This document shows positions 48,810 to 59,116 of a stretch of DNA of 64,000 bases, piece after piece. Position 1 is the stretch's first letter, and every line of letters begins with the position of its first letter. The position numbers and the translations under genes were made by a program. The DNA is from Candidatus Latescibacterota bacterium (GTDB taxonomy: Bacteria; Latescibacterota; UBA2968). Below the pieces are notes generated by a model. That model worked only from the letters and a program-made list of their open reading frames with translations, was not told the origin of the DNA and made no database searches. The stretch is taken from assembly GCA_965222605.1 (NCBI GenBank), contig OZ244960.1, positions 288,001 through 352,000 on the forward strand, in the 5' to 3' direction.

Positions 48810-50200
48810 CGCTTCGAGCAAATTTTTTTGATCCTGCAAAACTCCACCTATTGGTTCTGGTGTGTTTGGGGCAGGTCTTGTTAATTGCACTGCCGTTTTT
48901 GGTAAATAACGCGCTTGCGGCGATTCTTGTTTTGAGCTTGTTGTCGATAATCGCGCTTTTTGGCTCTCTCACGCTGTCTGTGCTCTATTTGTGTTTTACT
49001 GCCGCAGTTGTGCCTTCCTGGTTTTATGAAGACTATCTGCTATTGCCTCTGGACTTCAAATTCTATGAAGGTCTTCTCGCAGTGGTGATGGGCATTGCCT
49101 GGCTCAACTATTTGTTAGAAGGCCGATGGAATTGGCGACGGCATACGTTTTTGGATCAACCGATGTACGTATTGCTGGGGCTGGTCGTATTTTCCTGCTT
49201 GTTGGGGTTGATCTATGGACAGTCGATCTCGCAAATGTTGCGCGACGTGCGCTATCCATTGTATTACACGCTGTTTTTCGTGGTAACGTGGTTTTTTGAT
49301 GTGCGGCGGTTCTCCACATTCCTGCATTTATTTCTCTTCATCGCCGCAATTGTCGGCATCGAGTACTTGCTTGAATTTCTTTTACAGGTGGATACGGACA
49401 TTGCGGGCGGTTTTGTTCGGGTCGCACGACTCGAAGGCATTGTGTTGCCGATGGGCATGCTCATTATTGCCGCCATTTTGTTATTTGAAGCACGGGCATA
49501 CAGACGAGCATGGGCGTGGGGCGCGATATTGCCTATCGGGCTGGCCCTAATTTTGACAATGGGCCGGGGCATGTGGATTTCGCTATTCGTAGGGCTGGGC
49601 AGCCTTGCCGCGTTGACCGTGCTGGACAAGCAGGCCACGCCCCGACGCATGTCGCGTCTTTTTGTCGTGGCACTGGTCCCCCTGTTGCTACTGGCGATGG
49701 GTTATGTTTTTCAGCAACAAACCCGCGCTGCCGTTAGTGACATCGCATTGGACCGCGTGACGCGTAGCGTCGAAGCCGTAAGTGGGCGGTTGATATCTTA
49801 TGGCAATGCACTGGAAAAAATTCGCCAGCGCCCTTTGCTCGGCGGCGGACACGGTGAAACCGTGACGTCTCTGGTGACATTTCCGCCACCGCCACAGATA
49901 TTGACAGTAGGTGCAGTTGACAATGTTTATTTGACGATTGGGATGCGAATGGGGCTGGTTGGCGTCGCGGCATTTTTGTGGGTCTTCGGCTTTGCCCTGT
50001 GGCGAGCATATCTATTATTCCAGCAAAGTTCTGACACCCGCGTGCGTCTATTTTGCGCGGCATTTATCGCCATTTACGCAGCACTCCTCGTCTATGGCAT
50101 GGCAGATGCAACCCTCTTTGCCAATCGGTTGATCTTCATCCATGCAACATTTTTGGGGCTCATTGCGCGGCTGGTAGCAGAGGAAAAAAATAATGCCTGA
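48806..50200 (+). CDS. O-antigen ligase/polymerase family protein
   Basis: Many TM segments; TMGRGMW; PLLGGGHG; DNVYL...GLVG. Confidence 0.8.
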   Translation: MTLRANFFDPAKLHLLVLVCLGQVLLIALPFLVNNALAAILVLSLLSIIALFGSLTLSVLYLCFTAAVVPSWFYEDYLLLPLDFKFYEGLLAVVMGIAWLNYLLEGRWNWRRHTFLDQPMYVLLGLVVFSCLLGLIYGQSISQMLRDVRYPLYYTLFFVVTWFFDVRRFSTFLHLFLFIAAIVGIEYLLEFLLQVDTDIAGGFVRVARLEGIVLPMGMLIIAAILLFEARAYRRAWAWGAILPIGLALILTMGRGMWISLFVGLGSLAALTVLDKQATPRRMSRLFVVALVPLLLLAMGYVFQQQTRAAVSDIALDRVTRSVEAVSGRLISYGNALEKIRQRPLLGGGHGETVTSLVTFPPPPQILTVGAVDNVYLTIGMRMGLVGVAAFLWVFGFALWRAYLLFQQSSDTRVRLFCAAFIAIYAALLVYGMADATLFANRLIFIHATFLGLIARLVAEEKNNA

Positions 50201-51113
50201 GCGCGTGACAGCAATAGTGGTCAATTGGAATGCCGGAGAAAATCTGGCACAGTGCATTGCCGCATTAATCAATCAGCGTGGAACAGATCTCGATGTGGTC
50301 GTAGTCGATAACGCATCGTCGGACAACAGTCTGGAGGCATTGGAAACTTATGGCGACCGCGTGCGCGTGATTCAAACCGGCGAAAATCTGGGTTTTGGGC
50401 GCGCAGTGAACCGCGGTGTGGCTGTCTCGCATAGCGCAATTGTCGTAGCCATGAATCCCGATGTTGTGTTGCAACCAGATACTGTGAATACGATGGTCGA
50501 ATTCTTGAACACACACGCAACTGTGGGTATGTTGGGGCCGAAGTTGAAAGACGCGGATGGACAGGTACTGGCCTCATGCGGCGAAGCACCCAGACTCAGA
50601 GACGAAATTTGTCGTAAATTCCTATTGCATCTAATATTTCCATTGCTTAAATTTCGGCGACGAAGCCCCTCCAAACCCGAAGCTGTGGCCTGGGTAACCG
50701 GGGCGTGTTTCGCTGTTCGCCGTCGCGTTCTGGACGCTGTAAACGGGTTGGACGAGGCCATTTTTATGTATTACGAAGATGTAGATCTCGGCTTGAGCAT
50801 CAACCGTGCTGGCTGGCAGGTCATGTATTTGCCCCACGCCGAAGGCATACATATTGGGGGCGAAAGTTCCAAACAGGCATTGACGCGGATGCTCGTGGTC
50901 AGTGAAGCGTCTTATGCCTATTTTATTGCCAAACATCTGGGGCAATGGGCCGCGCGCTTGCTCCGGCTCCTGCGTCCCATCGAAATGACATTGCGAACAT
51001 TGCTCTGGGGAAGTGTGTTTTTACTCGCCCACAGCCGTCGCACAGAAGCGCGAGCGCGTTTGCGGGCTTACTGGTTTATCTTAACTCACGGTGCCGTGGA
51101 GGAAGGTCCATGA
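50193..51113 (+). CDS. Glycosyltransferase family 2
   Basis: IVVNWN, VVDNASSD, NLGFGRAVN, MNPD, VTGACF, MYYEDVD. Confidence 0.9.
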   Translation: MPERVTAIVVNWNAGENLAQCIAALINQRGTDLDVVVVDNASSDNSLEALETYGDRVRVIQTGENLGFGRAVNRGVAVSHSAIVVAMNPDVVLQPDTVNTMVEFLNTHATVGMLGPKLKDADGQVLASCGEAPRLRDEICRKFLLHLIFPLLKFRRRSPSKPEAVAWVTGACFAVRRRVLDAVNGLDEAIFMYYEDVDLGLSINRAGWQVMYLPHAEGIHIGGESSKQALTRMLVVSEASYAYFIAKHLGQWAARLLRLLRPIEMTLRTLLWGSVFLLAHSRRTEARARLRAYWFILTHGAVEEGP

Positions 51114-52222
51114 TTCCCATTTTTCGTCCCTGGTTTGACAATACAGAAGTCGAAGCTGTCCGCGAGGTATTGATGTCCGGTTGGGTTGGGCCTGGGGAAA
51201 AGGTCGAAGAATTCGAAGCGCGATTTGCCCGTTATGTAGGGGCACAACACGCAGTGTCTCTCAACTCGTGCTCTGCGGCACTGCTGTTGGCCTTGAAAAC
51301 ACTGGATATAGAAGGGGGAGAGGTCATTACCACACCGCTGACCTTTGTATCGACCAATCACGCAATTTTGCAAAATGGAGCCACGCCGGTGTTTTGCGAC
51401 ATAGATTCCGAAACACTCAATATCGATCCAAAAGCAATTGCCGTTAAAATCACGCCGCGCACCCGAGCGATTATGGTCGTGCATTTTGCCGGACACCCCT
51501 GCGACATGGATGAGATTCTATCCATTGCAAACCAGCACGGGATTCCGGTTGTAGAAGACGCTGCACATGCCAGCGGCGCGCGTTACAAAGATCGGATGAT
51601 CGGCGGGGTAGGCACAGTGACATGTTTTAGCTTTGACGCGCGCAAAAATTTGTCAACCTGTGACGGTGGAATGTTAACCACCAACAATTCAGACCTCGCC
51701 GAACGCGCGCGAAAATTGCGCTGGATGGGTATCTCGCGTGGCACTTATGATCGGTTTCGGAAAAATGGCGCGGAGCGCCGATGGGAATACGAAGTGGGCG
51801 AACTCGGCTATAAATGCTATATGAACGATCTCAATGCGGCAATTGGACTGGTGCAATTGGGAAAATTGGAATCAGCTAATGCACAACGCCGAGAGATTTT
51901 TTTGGAATACGGACGTTCATTTGCCACCCTCAACTGGATGCAAACACCCGTAGAAAAACCCCATGTTCGCAGTGCTATGCACGCTTATGTGGCGCGCGTA
52001 TCCCAGCGCAATAAATTGATCGATCATCTGGGACAGCACAATATCGATGCGGGCGTACACTACAAACCCTGCCATTTATTTGAAGTGTACAAACCCTATC
52101 GCACAGACTTGCCCGTCACCGATGCCGTGTGGCGCGATTTGATCACGCTCCCACTATTTCCAAGTCTGACCGAGCGCGAAATTGGACAAGTCATCGAAGC
52201 CGTGCGCGACTTTCAACCCTAA
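51110..52222 (+). CDS. DegT/DnrJ/EryC1/StrS aminotransferase
   Basis: TPLTFVST, VHFAG, EDAAHA, FSFDARKNL..CDGG, VHY, LPLFP. Confidence 0.93.
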   Translation: MIPIFRPWFDNTEVEAVREVLMSGWVGPGEKVEEFEARFARYVGAQHAVSLNSCSAALLLALKTLDIEGGEVITTPLTFVSTNHAILQNGATPVFCDIDSETLNIDPKAIAVKITPRTRAIMVVHFAGHPCDMDEILSIANQHGIPVVEDAAHASGARYKDRMIGGVGTVTCFSFDARKNLSTCDGGMLTTNNSDLAERARKLRWMGISRGTYDRFRKNGAERRWEYEVGELGYKCYMNDLNAAIGLVQLGKLESANAQRREIFLEYGRSFATLNWMQTPVEKPHVRSAMHAYVARVSQRNKLIDHLGQHNIDAGVHYKPCHLFEVYKPYRTDLPVTDAVWRDLITLPLFPSLTEREIGQVIEAVRDFQP

Positions 52223-52230
52223 GGTATATT

Positions 52231-53835
52231 TTGACGCCTGTTATCTTATTTGGTATTACCGCGATTTCGGCGGCTTTGTTCACAGCGGTTGCGCGCCTGA
52301 TAGCACGCCGTTTTGATGCGCCCGACGCGCCTGTTTCAACTCTGGGCGGTACAGCTTTGCTGGCCGCTCTTTTTTTTGGCTTTTGGTTCTTGCCCCAATC
52401 GCTCCCTTTGGGTCTCCTTATCGGTGCCGTGGGAATGGCAGTCATCGGCATTTTAGACGACTGGAAGCCTTTTGTGCCGTTGTACAAATTTGCGTTGACC
52501 CTTGCGATTGCAGGCATTGCCGCATGGCTCGGTCCGCGTATCTATATCACAAATATTATCTGGATAGATGGCCCATTGACCGCGTTGTGGATGGTCTGGA
52601 TGTGCCATGCGTTCAATGTTCTGGACATGGAAGACGGTCTTTCGGCGGGCAGTGGAACCATTGCTTCGCTGAGTTTGTGGCTGATAAGCGCGGGCGATTG
52701 GGCACTCGTTACAGCGGGCGTACTCATGGGATATTTGCTACACAATTTTCATCCCGCCCGCATCCTGATGGGCGACACCGGAAGCCTGTTAATTGGCTTT
52801 CTGCTCAGTAGTATGGCTATTTCTGTCGCAAATCATATTGGCGGTCTCATGGGCGTCATCGGACCTTTGATCGCCCTGGGCCTACCCATCTTTGAGGCAG
52901 TATTTATCAGCGCAATTCGATTTGCCAAAGGCCGCTCCATTGTCCGAGCCAGCCGGGATCACGTTGCACAGCGGTTGGTGCAATGGGGGCTACCAGTGCG
53001 TGCAGCAGTTGCTCTGATGTGGTTGACAGGCGTTGTTTTGGGTGGTCTGGCCCTCGTATTCGCATTGGGGCACTGGATCAGTTTGGTTGGCGTTGCGTGT
53101 TTCGCCATCGGTGCGTGGAGGGGATTGTCGCGCGTGGATATGGAAGGCGATGGGTGCGATGGACGCCCGATTGGCCTATTTGGCAAAAACTGGTTGATAC
53201 ACCGCGCGATGCGTCAGACAATGGACGAAGTAAAAGGCCTTGTGAATGGAAAATTGCTGGATGCGGGATGTGGCAACAAGCCCTATGCCAGCATTTTTCA
53301 GGCGCGGGTGCAGCAATACATCGGCATGGAAAAAGGGCGTACGCGATATAAACACGCCGACGTATGGGGAGATGTGCTGGCACTCCCCTTTCGCGATGGG
53401 ACCTGCGATACCGTGTTGTGCAATCAGGTCTTAGAACATGTGCCGCAGCCCCAATTGGCGATTGACGAAATGGCGCGCGTATTGCGACCGGGTGGTTATT
53501 TGATTCTCACCGCACCCCATATTTGGGGCTTGCACGAAGTCCCCCACGATTATTTTCGCTTTACGCCTTATGGATTGCGCCATCTCGCTGAGGAATCGGG
53601 CCTGACCGTCCATACAACGCGCGCGCTTGCGGGATTTTGGATCACAGCCGGGGCGCGATTCTGTTATTATCTGGCGCGTTTTGAACGCGGTCCGCTAATC
53701 CCTTTTGTGCGCATTGGATTTTTTGCCATCCAACTCAGTGCCCTGCTTTTGGATCGCTTGCACCGCGTGGAGAGCGAAGCGTGGAATTTTCTGCTCATCG
53801 CACAAAAACGCGCAAAGAATTTATCCCATGAGTAA
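52231..53835 (+). CDS. WecA/MraY-like (GT4) phosphotransferase fused to a class I SAM methyltransferase
   Basis: GILDD, FNVLDMEDGL, HNFHPARILMGDTGS, RDH; then LLDAGCGNKPY, QVLEHV, RVLRPGG, PHDYFRFT; probable TTG start at 52231. Confidence 0.8.
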   Translation: MTPVILFGITAISAALFTAVARLIARRFDAPDAPVSTLGGTALLAALFFGFWFLPQSLPLGLLIGAVGMAVIGILDDWKPFVPLYKFALTLAIAGIAAWLGPRIYITNIIWIDGPLTALWMVWMCHAFNVLDMEDGLSAGSGTIASLSLWLISAGDWALVTAGVLMGYLLHNFHPARILMGDTGSLLIGFLLSSMAISVANHIGGLMGVIGPLIALGLPIFEAVFISAIRFAKGRSIVRASRDHVAQRLVQWGLPVRAAVALMWLTGVVLGGLALVFALGHWISLVGVACFAIGAWRGLSRVDMEGDGCDGRPIGLFGKNWLIHRAMRQTMDEVKGLVNGKLLDAGCGNKPYASIFQARVQQYIGMEKGRTRYKHADVWGDVLALPFRDGTCDTVLCNQVLEHVPQPQLAIDEMARVLRPGGYLILTAPHIWGLHEVPHDYFRFTPYGLRHLAEESGLTVHTTRALAGFWITAGARFCYYLARFERGPLIPFVRIGFFAIQLSALLLDRLHRVESEAWNFLLIAQKRAKNLSHE

Positions 53836-56002
53836 TTTTGTCGCGTCCATTAAAGCCGATTTTAATAATCGGTACCCAAGTATCCACCATGCGATTGTGA
53901 AGCACTATTTCACTTCTATCACTATCCTGGTCATCTTCTTTGCCTTTGTCCTTCGATATTTCCAATTAAACATCGGTTTGCCCTATTTGTATTTCTGGGA
54001 TGAACCGCTTACGGCCAGCAACGCGCTTCAGATGATGAAAACGGGGGATTACAACCCCCATTTTTTTAAGTACGGTTCTCTGATGATTTATTTAAATCTG
54101 TTAGTTGATCAGTTATACCGTATTTATCTCTCACTCGCAGGCGGGTTGGCAAGCGTGGAAAATATACGCATTGAAGCCGATACGGGTTGGCATTGGACAA
54201 TTTCTCACCCGAGCTTTTATTTTTGGAATCGTTTTTTGACCGCCACAATGGGCACCGCAACAGTATTTATCACCTATTTAATCAGCAGGTCGATATGCAA
54301 CAGATGGACCGGAATCATATCGGCCTTTTTCTTAGCTGTTCTCCCGATCCACATTGTTCATTCGGGTTTTGTAACAATGGACGCGCCAGTCGCCCTATTT
54401 GTCGCGCTTGTCGCCCTATTCTCCATTTTGTTTATCGACCAAAAAAAAGTCATCTATTTCATATTGAGTTTAATATGTGTCGGGTTTGCCACAGCGACAA
54501 AATACAATTCGGGCCTGGCAATTTTACTCCCCATCGCATCGCTAATTTGGATGTCTTATCAAGATGAAATCCCGCGTCAAAAATTTTATTGGCTCGCGGT
54601 CCCATGCCTGCCAGCGGTGACTTTCTTTCTCATCATGCCCTACGCAATTCTCGACTTCCCAACTTTTATCAAAGACATTTTACATCAAATTACATACTAC
54701 AAAACCACGGGACACCCCGGCGCAACAATCAGCCCCGGATGGGATTATCTTGTGTTTCAGATACGAGAATTTTACCAAAACATCGGACTGACAGGCACCA
54801 TCCTGTTTGCAATCGGTCTGGCGGGGACAATTTCCCGACCTGTATTGCTCCTGATCTTATTATTTCCTGTGAGCTATCTTTTATTTATGAGCGGCATGAT
54901 CGTTAACTTTCACAGAAATTTTATACAGGTGTACCCATTTATCGCCGTCTTTGCAGGTATTGCGTTTTACAATCTGCATGCAGCATCGGCGCACTTTTAC
55001 CCAAAGCTCAAAAAGCCAATTCCGATTATATGTCTCGCAGCAGCACTCGTTTTACTGCCGCGCGCTTATGACGCTTATCAAACGGGCATAGTATTGCACA
55101 ACACCCGAGATACCAGAAGCGCGGTCATAGATACTCTCAACGCGATGGAAGATGTGCAAAAAGTCGTCTTTGCCAGAGAACTGCGTGTTCACAAACAAGA
55201 CCTCAATAGATTAAAATGCGACTATTCGGTACAACCTATTGGAATAATGAGCGCGGAACAAAATAAAGGCCGCACACACTATGTCTTGCCAGTCGAAATA
55301 TCTCAGATTTACACTTATCACCATGAGGAAATACAGATCAAACAAGCAATCATCGACAAAATTCACAGCGAGCATATTCTGCAATACATCGACAACAATT
55401 ACATAGAACAAAATATTGGAAAGAATTACATCAAACAAAATGCCGCAACCATGCTCGATGTATTTTCCACAAGCCCCTCGCTGATAATCGCAAATCAGAT
55501 ACCTCCTGAACCTTTGTATCCCGGCGTTATTGCATTTGATACCTGCAAGCTATCTCCCACAGGCGTGCAAATCAACATCCGCAATACCGCAACACTCCGC
55601 GATGGCGTCATAACAACCCCGGCTTACGACTTAGAACCCGGAAAATACCTGTTCACATTTCAAGCAAAAAAATCTGCAACATCAGAACGGTCACAAAGCT
55701 TTGTCTTTGGAGAATACGAAACGAGAATCACAGTAAAACGCCTGAGCGCATTCCGCGAACATGCGAGCATCGTGGTTTCCATCTTTGCGGACCAGACGCA
55801 CTTAACACAACAAATATTCATCCCAACCGAGAACTTCGCTCAAATGGACGCCTTTTTTTTACTTCCAAAGAACCAGCGCGTTTCGGTCCAAATAGAAAAT
55901 CTCCATGATATATCCGACCCCCTTTTACCTGTGAAAACAACAGTCAAACAACTAAGAATAGAGACAGTAAAAGATAATAAGGTAAGAAAGCCTGCCCCGT
56001 AG
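53828..56002 (+). CDS. GT-C (family 39-like) membrane glycosyltransferase with a large C-terminal soluble domain
   Basis: GLPYLYFWDEP, NPHFFKYGSL, ATATKYN, many TM segments; AT-richer than neighbours. Confidence 0.75.
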   Translation: MSNFVASIKADFNNRYPSIHHAIVKHYFTSITILVIFFAFVLRYFQLNIGLPYLYFWDEPLTASNALQMMKTGDYNPHFFKYGSLMIYLNLLVDQLYRIYLSLAGGLASVENIRIEADTGWHWTISHPSFYFWNRFLTATMGTATVFITYLISRSICNRWTGIISAFFLAVLPIHIVHSGFVTMDAPVALFVALVALFSILFIDQKKVIYFILSLICVGFATATKYNSGLAILLPIASLIWMSYQDEIPRQKFYWLAVPCLPAVTFFLIMPYAILDFPTFIKDILHQITYYKTTGHPGATISPGWDYLVFQIREFYQNIGLTGTILFAIGLAGTISRPVLLLILLFPVSYLLFMSGMIVNFHRNFIQVYPFIAVFAGIAFYNLHAASAHFYPKLKKPIPIICLAAALVLLPRAYDAYQTGIVLHNTRDTRSAVIDTLNAMEDVQKVVFARELRVHKQDLNRLKCDYSVQPIGIMSAEQNKGRTHYVLPVEISQIYTYHHEEIQIKQAIIDKIHSEHILQYIDNNYIEQNIGKNYIKQNAATMLDVFSTSPSLIIANQIPPEPLYPGVIAFDTCKLSPTGVQINIRNTATLRDGVITTPAYDLEPGKYLFTFQAKKSATSERSQSFVFGEYETRITVKRLSAFREHASIVVSIFADQTHLTQQIFIPTENFAQMDAFFLLPKNQRVSVQIENLHDISDPLLPVKTTVKQLRIETVKDNKVRKPAP

Positions 56003-56128
56003 TGCTTTTATATGGGGACCACCCTACCCCCTCTCACGTCTCACCGCCTCTCAAACTGTTGTAAAAATTCACACCTGTGCCATCGCGTCACATATCCCGT
56101 TTCCCCTCCTATTTTATATCCCATTGTA

Positions 56129-56141
56129 ATTCAATAACTTA
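56129..56141 (+). promoter_or_regulatory. IHF-like binding site
   Basis: ATTCAATAACTTA, one mismatch to WATCAANNNNTTR, just upstream of the -24 box. Confidence 0.6.
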
Positions 56142-56158
56142 AAATAATTCACCCCAAT

Positions 56159-56174
56159 TGGCACGCCTTTTGCA
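56159..56174 (+). promoter_or_regulatory. sigma54 (-24/-12) promoter
   Basis: TGGCACG-CCTT-TTGCA, an exact match to TGGCACG-N4-TTGCW. Confidence 0.85.
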
Positions 56175-56218
56175 TAATACTTTTATCGCAGACAAAAATC
56201 TCAACGGAGAAATGTGCG

Positions 56219-57577
56219 GTGAAACCTATTTACTACATAGTGCTTCTGATAGCGGTCTCTTTACACGGCTGCACTACCTATTCTCACTTTTCAGGCGACT
56301 TTCGCACGAGCCTGCGTGCGCGAAATTACGAAGACGCCCGTACAAAAATCAAAAAGTCGAGAAAAAGAGGCAACCAATTGCTCTATCTTCTCGAAAATGG
56401 CCTCCTCACCCACTATCAAGGCCACTACGAAACGTCCAACCGCTATTTTGCCGAAGCCGAGAGACTGTCAGATCGACTCTATACCCGCTCTGTTTCCCGA
56501 GAAGCCGCCGCATTTGTGACCAACGACGCCATACGCAACTACCGCGGCGACAGCTTTGAAATGGTTGCCGTTCACTACTATCGGGCACTGAATTACTGGT
56601 ATCTGGGCCTCCCTGAAGACGCCCTTGTCGAATGCCGCAAAGCCAATTTGAAACTCGACCAATACGCCATACACAATGGACAGACGAGTTACAAAAATGA
56701 CGCCTTCATTCACTACATCACCGGCCTATTTTACGAAGCCACCGGCGAATTCAACGACGCCCGCGTCTCCTATCAACACGCTCAAGACGCCTACTCACAC
56801 TACGAAAAAAAGTTCCACACCGCCCCACCTCAAACCGTCGCTAAAGATCTCGAACATGTAAATAACGTGCTCAACGGCGAAGGAACCGACATGCGTTTTG
56901 CTTCGCTCACCATCCCGCCCTTTGTACCGCCTGCAGGCAATGGCGAACTCGTGATCTTTTCTGAAATCGGTTTTATCCCCCGCAAAGTGCAAGAGGAAAT
57001 TGATCTGCCCATTTACGAAGAGGACATCAAACGTGGCAAGGACGACAAAATATCTTCCGTAGCCACCAAAATCTCACGCCGCCGTCACCGCGTATATCCC
57101 ATTCGCGATGTCGATTATTGGTTGCGCGTCACCCTTCCCAAATACGAAGTCATTGCCCCGCGCACAAAGCGCATTTTCATCCGCGCCGGAGATCGCATCG
57201 TTCAAACGCAGATCGCCCAAAATTATGCCGCGATTGCAAAAACATCGCTCAGTGATAACTACCCGAGGATTATGATTAGAACAATTGCGCGAGGATTTGC
57301 AAAATACCTGGCCCACCTCAAGGCCAAAGATGAAAATGAAGTCCTCGGTTTTTTCGTCAACCTGTTCAACATCTCAACCGAAATCGCCGACACGCGCAGT
57401 TGGGTCTCATTGCCACACAATATTCAAATCGGCCGCCTCGAACTGCCGCCCGGCACCCACACCATCACACTCGAAGCACTCGACATCAACGGGCGTATTA
57501 TCGAAACCAAAACATTTACCAACATCGAAATCAAACCCGGCCAACGCACGTTCTTGAATCACAGGATCTATCAATGA
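56219..57577 (+). CDS. COG3014-family TPR lipoprotein
   Basis: Lipobox SLHGC; YLLENG, NY.G..FE, DA.VECRK, ADTRSWVSLP. Confidence 0.8.
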   Translation: MKPIYYIVLLIAVSLHGCTTYSHFSGDFRTSLRARNYEDARTKIKKSRKRGNQLLYLLENGLLTHYQGHYETSNRYFAEAERLSDRLYTRSVSREAAAFVTNDAIRNYRGDSFEMVAVHYYRALNYWYLGLPEDALVECRKANLKLDQYAIHNGQTSYKNDAFIHYITGLFYEATGEFNDARVSYQHAQDAYSHYEKKFHTAPPQTVAKDLEHVNNVLNGEGTDMRFASLTIPPFVPPAGNGELVIFSEIGFIPRKVQEEIDLPIYEEDIKRGKDDKISSVATKISRRRHRVYPIRDVDYWLRVTLPKYEVIAPRTKRIFIRAGDRIVQTQIAQNYAAIAKTSLSDNYPRIMIRTIARGFAKYLAHLKAKDENEVLGFFVNLFNISTEIADTRSWVSLPHNIQIGRLELPPGTHTITLEALDINGRIIETKTFTNIEIKPGQRTFLNHRIYQ

Positions 57578-57611
57578 TACGCAATCATCTCTATCCACAA
57601 GGAGGAACACA

Positions 57612-58424
57612 ATGAAACTTTTACACCGAAGCCTTTTGTTGCTGGTCCTTTTCAGCCTGTTGGTTTCAACAGCAAGCGCGGGGAAATCAGACCTGCCACC
57701 CACGCGGGGCATTGTCGTCAACCTCGTCGAATGGGACGGCGGGGAATTGCCCGCGGTTTATGAACGCACGGACCAACTCCCCTTCACCCGTGAGGACCTG
57801 TTGCAATTGGTACAAAGCGACTTTAAACCCGATCAAATCGCACAGATGATTTCCGAGCGACGCTATGCGGGCGATGCATCTGCCGAAGGACTGATCGCGC
57901 TCAAAAAAGCCGGTCTCGCGTCCGTCGTCATACAGGCCATCTCCAAACACGCGCTCGCACCCAATCAATCGCTCAACCTCACCATTTACTTGACCTTTGA
58001 CGGCAATTCCAAAACGGCGCGCCATCGCTTTCTCTACGTCATCATTCCCGACGGCGAGATCCAGCGCGTCTTCACCGCCGACTTAAACACAGTACTCGTC
58101 GGACAGTGGAAACAGGACACCCTGATCGATGCCACAGACCCATTGCTCCCGCGAAAAATTCGGCGCGTCACCTTCTCGGGAACAATTCCACTCAAAACAC
58201 ACGGCAGCAAAACCGTTCGGATTTTCACATCTTCGCGCCCGGGAATCCATCAAATCGATGAGATACCAGAAATAGACCTCTCACGGGTTCAAATATATCA
58301 AATGGATTATCCAGTCAGTTCACCCATTCAAGACTGCCGCGCCTACATTCGCTACAAACAGGATGTCGTGCTACCGGACAAATGGCACATGATTGACACG
58401 CGGATGGAATGCGAGTGGCGGTAA
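57612..58424 (+). CDS. Hypothetical exported protein
   Basis: Signal peptide (ASA cleavage site) and AGGAGG Shine-Dalgarno. Confidence 0.7.
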   Translation: MKLLHRSLLLLVLFSLLVSTASAGKSDLPPTRGIVVNLVEWDGGELPAVYERTDQLPFTREDLLQLVQSDFKPDQIAQMISERRYAGDASAEGLIALKKAGLASVVIQAISKHALAPNQSLNLTIYLTFDGNSKTARHRFLYVIIPDGEIQRVFTADLNTVLVGQWKQDTLIDATDPLLPRKIRRVTFSGTIPLKTHGSKTVRIFTSSRPGIHQIDEIPEIDLSRVQIYQMDYPVSSPIQDCRAYIRYKQDVVLPDKWHMIDTRMECEWR

Positions 58425-58459
58425 GACACGCCTTTCACCTCTCATCAAGGAGCTACGCC

Positions 58460-59047
58460 ATGAAATTCATCACCTGGACAGCAATCGCCCTGATCGGTAT
58501 CACAACCGGATGCGTTGGTCCCAGAGCCTTTACAAAAGGGACGTATGAAGATCCCAAAACCATCGCCCTGCTCGACGACCGCTTTAACGAAAACGACATG
58601 CAACTCATCGCCAAAAAAGTCGTCGATTCAATCCTCGACGCACCATTGAATAGACTCGAACCCGCCATCATGCTCGGCAAAATGCGCAATCGCACCACCG
58701 AACACATCGACATGGTGGCTCTCTCCGACAAAATCAAAACCGCATTGATCCAGAGCGGCAAAGTGCGCTTTGTCGATGTCACCAACCGCAAAGACATCGC
58801 CATAGAATACGACTATCAACAATCGGGCTATGTCGATCCCACACAGGCCAAAGCACCGGGCAAACAGACCGGCTCAGACATGATCCTCACGGGCACACTC
58901 AGCGCGAATGTGCAGGAAGTGGGCAAAGACAAACTCATCTACTACAAAGCCACCTTCCAACTGACGGACCTGCTCACATCAGAAATTATATGGACCGATG
59001 AAAAAGAAATCCGCAAAGCCTACAAAAAGCGCAGCATTGGATTGTAA
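58460..59047 (+). CDS. lpoB: Penicillin-binding protein activator LpoB family lipoprotein
   Basis: Lipobox TTGC; NRTTEHID, SGKVRFVD, EIIW.DEKEIRK. Confidence 0.8.
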   Translation: MKFITWTAIALIGITTGCVGPRAFTKGTYEDPKTIALLDDRFNENDMQLIAKKVVDSILDAPLNRLEPAIMLGKMRNRTTEHIDMVALSDKIKTALIQSGKVRFVDVTNRKDIAIEYDYQQSGYVDPTQAKAPGKQTGSDMILTGTLSANVQEVGKDKLIYYKATFQLTDLLTSEIIWTDEKEIRKAYKKRSIGL

Positions 59048-59116
59048 TTGCGCAGGAGACCTGAGATTATTAGGTTGGAAGTTACGGATAGTTCTGATCG
59101 AGAAAGGAGCAAAACC

